A DNA stretch of 64,000 nucleotides from Histomonas meleagridis 2922-C6/04-290x (GCA_020184695.1 JAANOX010000153.1:806001-870000); one strand, 5' to 3'. Numbered from the stretch's first letter, positions 20,894 to 31,611 are shown. Numbers and translations are program-made. Notes: generated by a model from the sequence alone, not told the origin.

Positions 20894-23770
20894 TTATTCA
20901 TTATTTTTCCTAAACTTCATCAGCTTGACGACCTCAGACAGCACTTCTCCTATGTTATTAATTATTGGGTCTGCGTTCATGAACGAGTACAAAATTGTAT
21001 CGGGCTTCGACTCGAGCATTGTTGCGAAGAAGTCCAATGTGACTGGGAAGAGCTGCCTCATTTCGGGCTGTTCCTTTGACCATTTGTAAGCTGACACCAA
21101 CTTTCCAGCGACCAAAACAGTTGGCTGACTTAAGTGCTCGAAGAGGAGCTGCAAGTTTTGCTTCGGGACTTCTCCTAAAGCGTTTTGGTTTAATAACACT
21201 TTACCGAAAGCGTTTAACGTTCTAATCATACAAGCGATGATAGCCATATCTAAGGAAGAGAACGCGCTGTCCAACTTCTTCGTTAATTCTTGATCGATTA
21301 ATATGTTATTCATTATGTTACGTGAGTAAAACATTGCGTTCTTAAATATGTTCCATAACGATTGTCGGTAGTTATCAGCCATATCATTTTTGGAACCCAT
21401 TTCATTTAATATGAATCCCCATAACTCGGATATATGTATTGATTCTTCGTTCAGTAAATTTGTTTTATATAATGTACTTAAGCATTTAGAATTAGATAAT
21501 GATGCATGATCTTTAAATTGTAATGATATTGTTTCTCCATATGAATTAATGAAATTCTTAAATTCTTCTTTATCGATACAATATATTACTTCTTCATTCT
21601 TTTGGATATAACTTAATAATATTTGTAAAAAACGTAAATATGAACCATTATCTAAATCACTTGAAAAGACATTAAAGAAACCTTTGAATTGGATAAAGTT
21701 AAATGTTAAATATTCCGACATAGTATTCGTATGTTTAAAGATAGAAAATATCGAATATAATATATCTTTAAATAACGTTTGTGGAATAGATAACATTTGT
21801 AAGATAAACGTTGGCGACGTTTGTAATAATTGTTGTTGTAATGCTAATGATGAACTCGTATGTAAAAATAATTGCCATATCGATTTAGAATGTCGTGAGA
21901 TATAACTAACCTTTGAATCAATACCTTTTTGTAAAAATGATAATAAATCATAACCTGATAATGCATGAATTATTTTAGAATATTCTAATTCAATAACTAT
22001 ATGAATTAATTTATAAAAGAAATTATGTGCAATTTCATCATCAGAAAATAAGAAGTCAGACATTATCGATTGGAATATTGATTCATTTGCTATTGCTGTA
22101 GTAATTCGTTGATATGATTTATGGATTAATTCTCGGATAAATGGAAATGACTTTGATAATGTTTCTTTACTACTTAAGACAATTGTCGATAATGCATGTA
22201 TTAATGATGATTGACTAAATTCCATTGCTAATGATTCAATTAATTGTTTGTTTAATGAGCCATGTTGTGTAGCTGCTGCTATTTCTTCTTCACTAATATT
22301 TGTAACAGAAAATGAATTAGGCCCAACCATAATAAATAATTCGATAAATCGTTCTAATAATATATGTTCTAAATCAATGATTTGTTGGCGAATCTTTGGA
22401 AATGTTATTAAATAAATAACTAAAAATGAAAACTTTAATGAGAATCGTTGATTCGTTGAATACATTGATAACTTAATGATATCTTCAAGTGTTAATTTAC
22501 TTTGTAATTGTTCACCAAATGTCATATGCGTATTTGGTATTTTAGTTTTTAGTAACTTCTTAAATTCATATGGCGAGAAATCACTTAATAAAAACTCTGA
22601 TGGATTTGTCTCTAATAAATTCGATATTTCATTTAAGTTCTTTGTTAAATCATATCGATGTGAACGACGTGTGAAATCTGGTTTAGCTAAAAAGCCACAA
22701 TCTTTATAAGTATGTTCTATTCGCATAATGTTTGTTAAGTTTTCATATCCTTCTTGAATAGGTACTCCATATAATATCATATGTTGTATAAGTGTATTCG
22801 ATGAAATTAATTTATTACAATGTGGTGGAGTCGCTGTATGGATTTTCTTGGGTTTGATATTAGAAATTTCATCAGGCGCTATAATTAATTTGTTATATGC
22901 TGTAAATAATTTACCAATTTGTAGTTTTAATGAGGTTTCATCAATTGGTAAATCAGATAATGGCTCTGGTGGTTCAACAGGTTCGCGTGGAGGTGGCGGA
23001 GATTCAATGTCGGGTTTACCTTCTTCATGAAGACCTATGAGTTCTCCAACTTGTTGTGGGTTTGGCGGTAAGAAGTCAAGCTCATTTACATATTTGCTCC
23101 AATTCATCATGGCTGATTCATATTCAGAAAAGTTACTGTAGAGTGATGGATCGGGTTTGGGTATAACAAGGCGTGAACCCCATGTTAAGTTTTTGCTTAA
23201 ATGACAATTTATTGGTACATCAGAATCATCAAGGCCTTGGAATTGGAATTTCCCGGATTCATCTATCTCTTCGCCTTTTTGAATAACAGAATCTTGATAG
23301 AGAAAGTTTTGAGGACTTAAGGGTGATTTGGTATTTGAATAATTACGGATTAAACGTCGACGAACAATAATATCAGACCAATCTTCAGCGGATATAACCT
23401 CAGGTGGGGTATAACGAGGGATAAAATGGGACATAGGAACTGGTAAAGTAGCTTTTTTAATAAATTCATTGATACCCATTTTCCATTCTTCAAGTTTATT
23501 AAGATATTCTTCGTTTGAATTGAAATCAGTGATGATAGGCATAGGTGGGAAATCAGTTATTTCACTAATAGTTTGAAGTTGACGATTTAAAATTCGTGAA
23601 TTTGGTGAAGAGAAAACAGTTGTTGATCCACCTTCAATAGGAGGAGGGAAATAGTCACAACTTGGAACAGTATATTCTTTCCCTATATTTGTTTGGAAGG
23701 TTTTTTGTTCCATTTGATTTTTATTCGAAGTACTGAAAATTGAATTAAATCGATCGAATAAAAGTGACAT
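20894..23770 (-). CDS. Hypothetical protein (~958 aa); Pro-rich N-terminus with a duplicated EY..W motif and a helical C-terminal half
   Basis: The ORF track start (23911) is an artefact running antisense through a tRNA; the first ATG after the tRNA is 23770 (MSLLFDRF). Confidence 0.8.
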   Translation of the reverse strand: MSLLFDRFNSIFSTSNKNQMEQKTFQTNIGKEYTVPSCDYFPPPIEGGSTTVFSSPNSRILNRQLQTISEITDFPPMPIITDFNSNEEYLNKLEEWKMGINEFIKKATLPVPMSHFIPRYTPPEVISAEDWSDIIVRRRLIRNYSNTKSPLSPQNFLYQDSVIQKGEEIDESGKFQFQGLDDSDVPINCHLSKNLTWGSRLVIPKPDPSLYSNFSEYESAMMNWSKYVNELDFLPPNPQQVGELIGLHEEGKPDIESPPPPREPVEPPEPLSDLPIDETSLKLQIGKLFTAYNKLIIAPDEISNIKPKKIHTATPPHCNKLISSNTLIQHMILYGVPIQEGYENLTNIMRIEHTYKDCGFLAKPDFTRRSHRYDLTKNLNEISNLLETNPSEFLLSDFSPYEFKKLLKTKIPNTHMTFGEQLQSKLTLEDIIKLSMYSTNQRFSLKFSFLVIYLITFPKIRQQIIDLEHILLERFIELFIMVGPNSFSVTNISEEEIAAATQHGSLNKQLIESLAMEFSQSSLIHALSTIVLSSKETLSKSFPFIRELIHKSYQRITTAIANESIFQSIMSDFLFSDDEIAHNFFYKLIHIVIELEYSKIIHALSGYDLLSFLQKGIDSKVSYISRHSKSIWQLFLHTSSSLALQQQLLQTSPTFILQMLSIPQTLFKDILYSIFSIFKHTNTMSEYLTFNFIQFKGFFNVFSSDLDNGSYLRFLQILLSYIQKNEEVIYCIDKEEFKNFINSYGETISLQFKDHASLSNSKCLSTLYKTNLLNEESIHISELWGFILNEMGSKNDMADNYRQSLWNIFKNAMFYSRNIMNNILIDQELTKKLDSAFSSLDMAIIACMIRTLNAFGKVLLNQNALGEVPKQNLQLLFEHLSQPTVLVAGKLVSAYKWSKEQPEMRQLFPVTLDFFATMLESKPDTILYSFMNADPIINNIGEVLSEVVKLMKFRKNNE

Positions 23771-23837
23771 TATCTCTCTTGAAATTTGTTGTTTATTATA
23801 ATAAAATATAAACAAGTCATTTAAAATAATATCGAAA

Positions 23838-23910
23838 GCCTGCGTAGCATAGTGGTTATTGCGTTCGCCTTGTAAGCGAAAGGTCGGCGGTTCGACTCCG
23901 CTCGCAGGCA
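23838..23910 (+). tRNA. tRNA-Thr: tRNA-Thr (anticodon UGU)
   Basis: Acceptor stem GCCTGCG/CGCAGGC + A; anticodon arm TTCGC-CTTGTAA-GCGAA; T-loop GGTTCGACTCC; followed by a T6 Pol III terminator. Confidence 0.96.
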
Positions 23911-24011
23911 ATTTTTTAATTTTTTTAAAATTTAAAAAATCTGAAAATATGTAATATAAATCAATTTTGATTTTTGTTCTTTTGTAAAAAAATTAAATCC
24001 TAATTTTTTAG

Positions 24012-25010
24012 TTATTCTAAATGTAATTCTGGTGGAACTCCATTAGGAACTCCTCTTGGTGGTGTACCAGGTCTTTCTGAAGCAAAGTATTCTACATCTC
24101 TCCAATCTATTGGTTCTAAAACATGGAATGAACAGAATAAAGATTCATTAACTTCCATCATTGCACCATAATTTTGATATTCATAACAATAATTTGGAGC
24201 TGAAAATAATGTTACAATTCCTTGTTCATTGCTCCCGAAAGGAAACTCAAAACCGCCCATCACTGCTTGGTGCGCTCTGCAAACGAGATCAAACCCAAAG
24301 CGCTTAAGAAATCTCTTTAATGGCGATACGCCAAAAATATAACTTGTCCCGCGATCATTATCATCCCATTGATCAGTATCTGGATCTGGATCAGACCATA
24401 ATAAATCGCATAATAAACCTTCTTCTGGGATTTCAGTAGGTCGTTGGATCTTGCGGATGTCATCAAGATCCTTTAAATCTGGTGAAATTCCACCATGAAC
24501 ACAAAAGATTTTGTCATCAACAATTGCTGCAATTGGAAGACAATTGAAAACATCACAAAAACGACCCCAAACATTTTGATTAAAGCGTTCACAGCATTCA
24601 TCATAAAAACCAAATTGACGATTGATATATGAACACTCATGATTACCTCTTAATAAGAAGAAGTTTTCTGGATATTTGATCTTAAATGCGAACAAAAGGC
24701 AAACGTTTTCAATGCTGTTAACACCTCTATCAACATAATCTCCAAGGAAAAGATAGTTTGTATATGGTGGATACTTACATTTCTTAAAAATTCTGTTTAA
24801 ATCGTGAAATTGTCCATGCGTGTCTCCACAGATAGTGAGCGGTGTTTGAAGTTCAAGGAGAATTGGTTGTTTGAGAAAAATTTCTTCTACTGTGTCACAC
24901 AAGAAATATATTTCGGATTCTGTTATTGAAGATGGAGTTCCGGGAGCCATATCTTTAATATCAACTATTTTCTTTATTATTGTGTCAATGCGAGAGAGGG
25001 CTCTCTTCAT
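24012..25010 (-). CDS. PP1: Protein phosphatase 1 catalytic subunit-like
   Basis: GDTHGQ, GDYVDRG, RGNHE, LLCDLLWSDP, CRAHQ, LFSAPNYC; PP1-type segments KYPENFFLLRGNHE and YGFY-like FGFYDEC. Confidence 0.92.
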   Translation of the reverse strand: MKRALSRIDTIIKKIVDIKDMAPGTPSSITESEIYFLCDTVEEIFLKQPILLELQTPLTICGDTHGQFHDLNRIFKKCKYPPYTNYLFLGDYVDRGVNSIENVCLLFAFKIKYPENFFLLRGNHECSYINRQFGFYDECCERFNQNVWGRFCDVFNCLPIAAIVDDKIFCVHGGISPDLKDLDDIRKIQRPTEIPEEGLLCDLLWSDPDPDTDQWDDNDRGTSYIFGVSPLKRFLKRFGFDLVCRAHQAVMGGFEFPFGSNEQGIVTLFSAPNYCYEYQNYGAMMEVNESLFCSFHVLEPIDWRDVEYFASERPGTPPRGVPNGVPPELHLE

Positions 25011-26093
25011 TTGCTGTACGTTTAGAATTGGTTGAAGATCGAATGAAAGTGACAGTCACTTTTAATTGAATTTATAAATTTATTTTAAGTGTAAAGAATT
25101 CTTGTTATTCCATTTACAGCAATTTGAAAAATATTTTTATTTTGGATTTAACACACAACCTTCAATAAATAAGATCTCGAATATTCGTTAATTAAAAATT
25201 TTTATCATACATTTAATTTTTCTTTATACTCACCAGAATGTGCTTCTTGTTTGAAGATGAATATTTCGAAAAAAATTGTTAAATTTTTTATCTTGATTTT
25301 TTCAATCATTCTCATAAATAAATATACGCATATATGGAATCAGATTTAAAATCTGAATTAAAATTAAATTTATATTATCAGTTTCTGGAAAAAGTATTTC
25401 CATTGAAAAAAATTACATACTGAAAGATCATTCGGACTCCGGATATTATGAATTTTTAACACAAAAAAATTTTTGAAGATGAAATATATAAAATTGAAAT
25501 ATTGTTACTTGATTTCTTTCTCTAAATTTCGAGAAAAAGTAGAATTATTTATGGCGGTTTTTTAACCGTAATTTAGCATTCAAGTATTTAACGGTTAATT
25601 ATTTTTTGTATATGAAATAATCGTTTGGTCTGAAGATAGCATATTTACGTAACTTTTTCTCAAAATTCAGAAGAAGATACTCTAAAAAATTATCATACAT
25701 TTTCAAAAAATATAATTAAATAACATAAGTAAGAATTATGGGGAAAAAAATTAACAATTATTTTATTCATGTTTTGAACGTATGAAGAGAACGTTTATCA
25801 TATTTAATAACTTTACTTAATTTAATTTTAAATTAATATTAACCTCTAAACATTAAGTCGGAACCATTCAAAAAGTGCTCTTTCATCGTTTTGGAAAAAA
25901 AAACGTTCTGAATTGTTTAAATTACCGAATTCATTTTCAAAACAAATTCAACTCAAGACGACAAATAAATTTTCTTAAAAACGTTATTTTTGTTTGATTT
26001 TTGAATGCATTAATTTTGTGTTATCGATAATGAGTTAAAAAAGAATAAAAAAATGCTAAATGTTTATTCAGCATTGAAGTCATATCTGCTAGC

Positions 26094-26519
26094 TTACTTG
26101 ATTGATGCTAAGCACTTAGCGAGCATTTCAGATTCTTGAATTTCGGAATCATCGGTGGCTTGGATTTCTAATGAAATACCGGCAAGTGCATTCTTGAGTG
26201 ATGCCTTGGTGGAAGCAACGAGCATCTTCCTCTTGACTGGAGCAATATCTGGGGCCCAAGCGACGAAGACAAGTCTATTACGTTGTGTTCCATCTTCAGC
26301 AGTGAAGTCGAAATCATAAACGGCATAGCGAACATCACGTTGTGGAAGATCGTCGAGGAAATCATCATATGTCTTCTCCTTTGGGGCTGTCTTTTCTACG
26401 ACAATATATTCAAGATCATCACTGAATGTGAAGATAACATAACGGTACTTGTGTCCGATCTTGATATCGTTCCAAACTGGCATGCAGTCATCATGAACTT
26501 TAATTGCAGTCAATGACAT
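26094..26519 (-). CDS. ADF: Actin depolymerizing factor / cofilin
   Basis: YDDF...RYAVYDF, LVFVAWAPD, KMLVAST, IQATD motifs. 141 aa from ATG 26519, with Inr TCACT at 26528-26532. Confidence 0.93.
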   Translation of the reverse strand: MSLTAIKVHDDCMPVWNDIKIGHKYRYVIFTFSDDLEYIVVEKTAPKEKTYDDFLDDLPQRDVRYAVYDFDFTAEDGTQRNRLVFVAWAPDIAPVKRKMLVASTKASLKNALAGISLEIQATDDSEIQESEMLAKCLASIK

Positions 26520-27311
26520 TCTATCAAAGTGAAGTGAGCAGGACATTAACGACCGGGCTATATGTTTGTCAACATTCAATTTTTTGTCAACACCTTCGGA
26601 GTGGCTACAAAAAAACGATGCTTATAAACACAAGTTAGGAATTTTTTTGTTTGTCATAGCAACAATAATAAATATGAGCTAACGTAAAGAAAATTTAAAC
26701 ACCAATCAAGTGATTAATTCCTTTCTAAAAAAATTTTGAGTAAATATGATAATGGTAAACTTTGTTTTTTGGTTTAACACAAGATATAACATAAAAGGGT
26801 TTCTGCTATATCTCAAAAAATAGTTGATAAGTGTTTGGATGCTCAAAACTCATGAAGTTTAAATACAATAATTTTTCCGGTTTATTTTGACATGTTATTT
26901 TGTACAAATGAGCTTAACATAGCTAAACGAACTAGTTTTCAAATCAATACCTTCCTAGGTTGCAACTGATTGATTCATTAAAAAACATTTTTCATACAAA
27001 CTCGAGTATTGAACATAAAATTTTAATGGTATTCATGCCAAAAGATTTTGAAATTGTACACAAATTATGCTAACAGCTAGGAGATCAATGTTTTTTGATT
27101 TGGGATCAATCATATTCTTCTACATCAATAATAAAAATAATCAACCACTTTATTTTATATAATTCTTACGTTTCATGAAGAACAAAGAAAGCTTAACTCA
27201 TGAATACTGTAAAGATAACTGATGTTATTTACATAGAATTTAATTTTTCACATTATTGTAAAATTAATAGTTTTATAAGAACGAAAACTAAAAAATTAAT
27301 ACTTTATTCAC

Positions 27312-27500
27312 TTATTGGCTTTGTGAGTTTGGACCAACCTTGCGCTTGGCATCTGGGTTGGCAGAAAGGAAATACTTGTTGTAGTGCTTGCGTGTAGCGG
27401 CACGTCCACGAAGTGGCTTTGGCTTTTCCATCTTTGGAACCTTTGGAGTGTTAGAACGAACCTTACCGGCTTGTGCGAGTGAACCGTGAACTTTACCCAT
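27312..27500 (-). CDS. RPS30: 40S ribosomal protein eS30 (no ubiquitin-like fusion)
   Basis: MGKVHGSLAQAGKVRSNTPKV signature. Confidence 0.96.
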   Translation of the reverse strand: MGKVHGSLAQAGKVRSNTPKVPKMEKPKPLRGRAATRKHYNKYFLSANPDAKRKVGPNSQSQ

Positions 27501-27506
27501 TTGATA

Positions 27507-27541
27507 AAAGGAGGACCAAACCGTTCAAACCATAAACCGTT
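27507..27541 (-). promoter_or_regulatory. Candidate trichomonad core promoter: CCTTT (M5-like) plus two AACGGTTT (M3/Myb-like) elements
   Basis: On the minus strand, CCTTT lies at 27507-27511, 6 nt before the eS30 ATG; AACGGTTT lies at 27518-27525 and 27534-27541. These match the M5 and M3 motifs described for Trichomonas vaginalis promoters. Confidence 0.6.
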
Positions 27542-27981
27542 GACGATAAATTATCCGTTTAACGGTTTCTTTAATGATGTTTTGCATAATTTTGTGCTGT
27601 TTATTCCCATAATCTTTTTTCATCATTGAGTTTCAAAATATTTTCATTTTTATTTATTATAAAATTACAAAATACAACATAATAAAGTACTTTGTTTATT
27701 ATTTTCTTTTTTAATTCCATTTATCATATTCAATTTGGGAATTTGAAACTACCCTTAACTTGTTTTTAATATCTTTATATTTATAGCACCCTTCCTTGAT
27801 CGATCAATCAAAGCTTTCGTTTTTACTTGGCAAGTTCCTTCTCAAATAAAGTATTCAATTGTTGTTTTGACATTTCAAATCTCTGAATTGTATTACAATG
27901 TCGACATAAATTTTTTGTGTATTTTACATGTGTAAATCGTCCAAAAAAGATTTTGGAAACAACTTAAAATCTCATCAAATC

Positions 27982-28908
27982 ATGGATGATGATGCTCCGA
28001 CCAAAACCTACATTAATTCAAGTGGTTTAGAACTAAGTTCTAAATCTCTCAACTTTAACAAAATGATTGTTAAGGGTCTTGATGATTCCTATCCAACTGT
28101 ATATGTAGCTTTTTATAATAATTCCCGAGTTGCTGTCAAATTATTAAAAAATGTAGGGTCAAATTCAGTGTTTTTCGAAAACGAGGTAAGTGCTCTGAAG
28201 TTACTTAGCAGATTTGAATACATAGTTGATTTTATTGATACAATTCATTCCACAGATCAAAGCTATTTTGGCATTATCACTGATTGGCACAATGAAAATC
28301 TTTTTGAATATATTCAGACTAATAGTATTTTTGATGAGAAAAAAGCAAGTATAATCATGTTTCAGCTTTTAAGTTCGATTAGATGCATTCATCAGCAATT
28401 TTTAGTTCATAGAAATATTAATTTAACTCATATTTTAATCACAAATAATGACCATGACTATCAAAATATTCGCTTGACAGGTCTTTCGTTTACTGCCACG
28501 ATATCTGAAGATAACTCTCTTCACCAAAAACTTGGGAATCCATTGTTTTGGGCTCCAGAAATTGTTCGTGATGAATCATATTCTTGTCCTGTTGACATTT
28601 GGGCTGCAGGACTTATTATGTATTACATCCTAACAGGATTTGTACCATTTAATCCATCTGATCAAAATGAAATGTTTCAACAAATTGTAAACGGAATTAC
28701 TCTCGATTCATTTCCAAAAACCCCTCAAATTTCGGAAGAAGCAAAAGATTTAATAGTGAAAATGATGAATACAAATCCCAATCAAAGGATAACAGCTGAT
28801 GAAGCTCTCCATCATAAGTGGATAAAAGATAATTTTGTTTCATTTGGGGAATTTATGATAAAAAAAAACATGAAACTTTATATGCATTTTAGAGATTTCG
28901 AATTTTGA
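27982..28908 (+). CDS. CAMK-like protein kinase fold, probable pseudokinase
   Basis: VAVK, WAPE and DIWAAG are present; the catalytic loop reads HRNINLTH and DFG is replaced by TGL. Start 27982 or 27928. Confidence 0.85.
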   Translation: MDDDAPTKTYINSSGLELSSKSLNFNKMIVKGLDDSYPTVYVAFYNNSRVAVKLLKNVGSNSVFFENEVSALKLLSRFEYIVDFIDTIHSTDQSYFGIITDWHNENLFEYIQTNSIFDEKKASIIMFQLLSSIRCIHQQFLVHRNINLTHILITNNDHDYQNIRLTGLSFTATISEDNSLHQKLGNPLFWAPEIVRDESYSCPVDIWAAGLIMYYILTGFVPFNPSDQNEMFQQIVNGITLDSFPKTPQISEEAKDLIVKMMNTNPNQRITADEALHHKWIKDNFVSFGEFMIKKNMKLYMHFRDFEF

Positions 28909-29361
28909 TAAATGATTGGGAATAAAACTTTTGTGTTTTATTATTTTAATTTTTTTTTAAATTATGCATATGTAAGATTCAAGTTTCGAAACTTTAGTTT
29001 AAATTTTTTAGTTATTCGAAAAGAAACATCTATTGTAGAAATAGTTTTTTTAAAATGTAAAACTATACTTAAGTTTTATTATAAAAAGTGATCTTCTTAA
29101 TTCTTCTCATACTTCCATAATTGGTTATTAGAAAGTTTACCAAAATTTTTTTGACAAATTTGTAAAATCATATGTTTTATATAAATATTTGAAGATTTGC
29201 AAATGTTGTAACATAATCTGTAAGTAAACTATTCAAATATAGCTTCATCAGCAAAATAAACGTCTTTCACCTTTTTACCAAAAAGTGACAAATCGATAAA
29301 CGGTTTTGACTATTTTCACAAAAATCGCATCAATGTTTTGATGCACAAATTAGATATCTGA

Positions 29362-31611
29362 ATGCAGAACTTAAATGATCATCTTATTAAAGGAAAGCCA
29401 ACGCCAAATTCGATTCTGGAGTTGCTCAAACAACATCCAGGCCCAAAGATTACAATTAAAGCTCAAAAGAAGTTACTTGAAGTACTTAAAGAGTCGATGA
29501 ACTCAGATGGCTTGTTAAGTATCATTGCCGAAATTTTATTATTACTAAGTAGAAATACATCACTAATCAATCAAATTGTCGATCAAGGACCTGTTTTCTC
29601 ATCAATTCTTGACAAGATGCTTTCATATGCATCATCATCTAGGAGCATTGATGGAAGTGAGCAACTAATGTTAATAGTTGTATATGATCTTATATCAATA
29701 TCTCAAAAATTGAAATCACAATTATGCATGTCAATTCATGAATATTTACTAACATCAATTGAACAGTCAACTCTTCATCCAAGTCTTCTTTCTAAAGCTA
29801 TGGAACTTCTTGTTTGTACTGTTACTCATCATCAAGAAAACCGAATATTTTTTGCGCAAAATACATCGAGAGGGAAAATATCAGCTGTTTTTAACCTAAT
29901 TTTAACAACAGGAAATCCGATGGTTCAAATATTTTCCGTTGAATTCTTATGGAGAATTGTTCTTCCGATGAAACCATCCAATGAATTCAAAACAAAAATT
30001 TTTGGACAATATGGAAATCAACTTTGTAGTATTACAGCGGACAATTTTCGAGATGGAATCTTAGACTTTATAAAGACAATTAATCTCGAAAGAAGAGATA
30101 ATGATCGAATTGTTCAATGTTATATTAAAAAAGTTATGATTGGAAATAACTTAGGGTCAGGAAAACATACTTTGTATATTGGGTCCGATACAATATTACT
30201 TTGGATCTCAAAAAATACCGAATTTTCAATGGGTGATAATGATTTAGAATTAATTACTTTGAAAAGTGAAAATATCTCTGGTTTTGGGTCGAATGAAAAG
30301 TATTGGGCAATAGGTATAACAAAAGATTTCGATACATTAACAGAATATTTTATGAATGATGATAAAATGATTGTGTTTATACCGATTGACCCTGAACCAG
30401 AAATGTTTAATATTGCACAACAAAGATATGGAACAATTCCATTTCGAACAATACCAAAACCAAAAATAAAAAATATGACATCATTAACACCAAAGCCAAA
30501 GAAATCCGTTGAAACTAAAGCAAAATCCAAAACAAAATCAGCAACGCCAAAAGTTAAAAGTGATAAAGTTAGAGTACTTAAACCTAAAACACCTCAAAAA
30601 CAATCAAAAACGCCATTACCAAAACAAATATTTTATTCATCAGGTAAAGTCAAGTCAACAACACCAACAAAATCATCAAAAAGAGTCAAAAATGAAATCA
30701 TTGAAATTCTTTCAGATAATAGTGATGAAATAGAAACAAATGAAAATAACTTTAATCAATTAATAAATATAAAAAAGGAACCAAAAGTTGAACCTATTGA
30801 AGAAGTTTCAACATCAAAACCAAAAATTATTCCATCGATAAATATCAAAAAAGAGTCAAAACAAAAAAATGAAAGTAAACAGCCAAAGAATAATGAACAA
30901 GATGAAGAATCACTTAATGAACTTGAGTTAGATGATGATGTTCCTATTGCAAATATTTCTCAATCATTTGATCTCGATGAATCAGATGATAGTGAAGATC
31001 CGTTTTCACAACCAGAGCAACCACTGAAACAAGAAGAAAAAGTAGAAATCCAACAAACAAATGTTACGTCAATACCATCTCCAAAGATACAACAAAAAAG
31101 GCGTTTATATACACCAGAAAGATGGGAACTTGAAACATTTGATGAGCTGCGATCATTTGGTAATGCGATTAAAACGCGTTTATCTGAAAAGAGAACACTT
31201 TTGAACAAAGCAATCGATGATAAAATCACTGAATCACTTAAAGAAGTTAATGAATTTATGTTAAAATGTGATGGAGATCTTGAAGCACTTCGTACAGAAT
31301 TCATTGATAAGTCCAGTCGAATATCAGAAGAAATCCGACAAAAACAAGAAACTGTTGCACAACTTGGAGAACAACAATCAGAGCATATTCAACAAATGAT
31401 TAAAGATTGCCAAAACATACAGAAGAAAGCCGAAGAAATAATCGCAAAGTTTACACAACAAAAGAAGAGTTTGTTAGCAAACCAAGAGAAACATATAAAC
31501 CTTTTTAGAGAAGACATAAAGTCCGAAGTCAAGAGTGCATTTACAAATAAGAAACGTGAATCTTCAAAGATGATAGTACAAAAGCTCGTTACTTTACTTG
31601 ATGAGCTTTAA
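29362..31611 (+). CDS. ARM-like + PH-like + linker + C-terminal coiled-coil protein; candidate SYCP2/Red1-family meiotic axis protein
   Basis: The 749-aa ORF is solid. The family call rests on the motifs GNPMVQIFSVEFLWR, ITADNFRDGILDFIKTIN and GSDTILLWI, and on domain order. Confidence 0.7.
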   Translation: MQNLNDHLIKGKPTPNSILELLKQHPGPKITIKAQKKLLEVLKESMNSDGLLSIIAEILLLLSRNTSLINQIVDQGPVFSSILDKMLSYASSSRSIDGSEQLMLIVVYDLISISQKLKSQLCMSIHEYLLTSIEQSTLHPSLLSKAMELLVCTVTHHQENRIFFAQNTSRGKISAVFNLILTTGNPMVQIFSVEFLWRIVLPMKPSNEFKTKIFGQYGNQLCSITADNFRDGILDFIKTINLERRDNDRIVQCYIKKVMIGNNLGSGKHTLYIGSDTILLWISKNTEFSMGDNDLELITLKSENISGFGSNEKYWAIGITKDFDTLTEYFMNDDKMIVFIPIDPEPEMFNIAQQRYGTIPFRTIPKPKIKNMTSLTPKPKKSVETKAKSKTKSATPKVKSDKVRVLKPKTPQKQSKTPLPKQIFYSSGKVKSTTPTKSSKRVKNEIIEILSDNSDEIETNENNFNQLINIKKEPKVEPIEEVSTSKPKIIPSINIKKESKQKNESKQPKNNEQDEESLNELELDDDVPIANISQSFDLDESDDSEDPFSQPEQPLKQEEKVEIQQTNVTSIPSPKIQQKRRLYTPERWELETFDELRSFGNAIKTRLSEKRTLLNKAIDDKITESLKEVNEFMLKCDGDLEALRTEFIDKSSRISEEIRQKQETVAQLGEQQSEHIQQMIKDCQNIQKKAEEIIAKFTQQKKSLLANQEKHINLFREDIKSEVKSAFTNKKRESSKMIVQKLVTLLDEL

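Noticed and set aside
23771-23911. N-terminal extension of the 1005-aa ORF (MPASGVEPPTFRL...)
   Set aside because: It is the antisense reading of tRNA-Thr; the real start is most likely ATG 23770.
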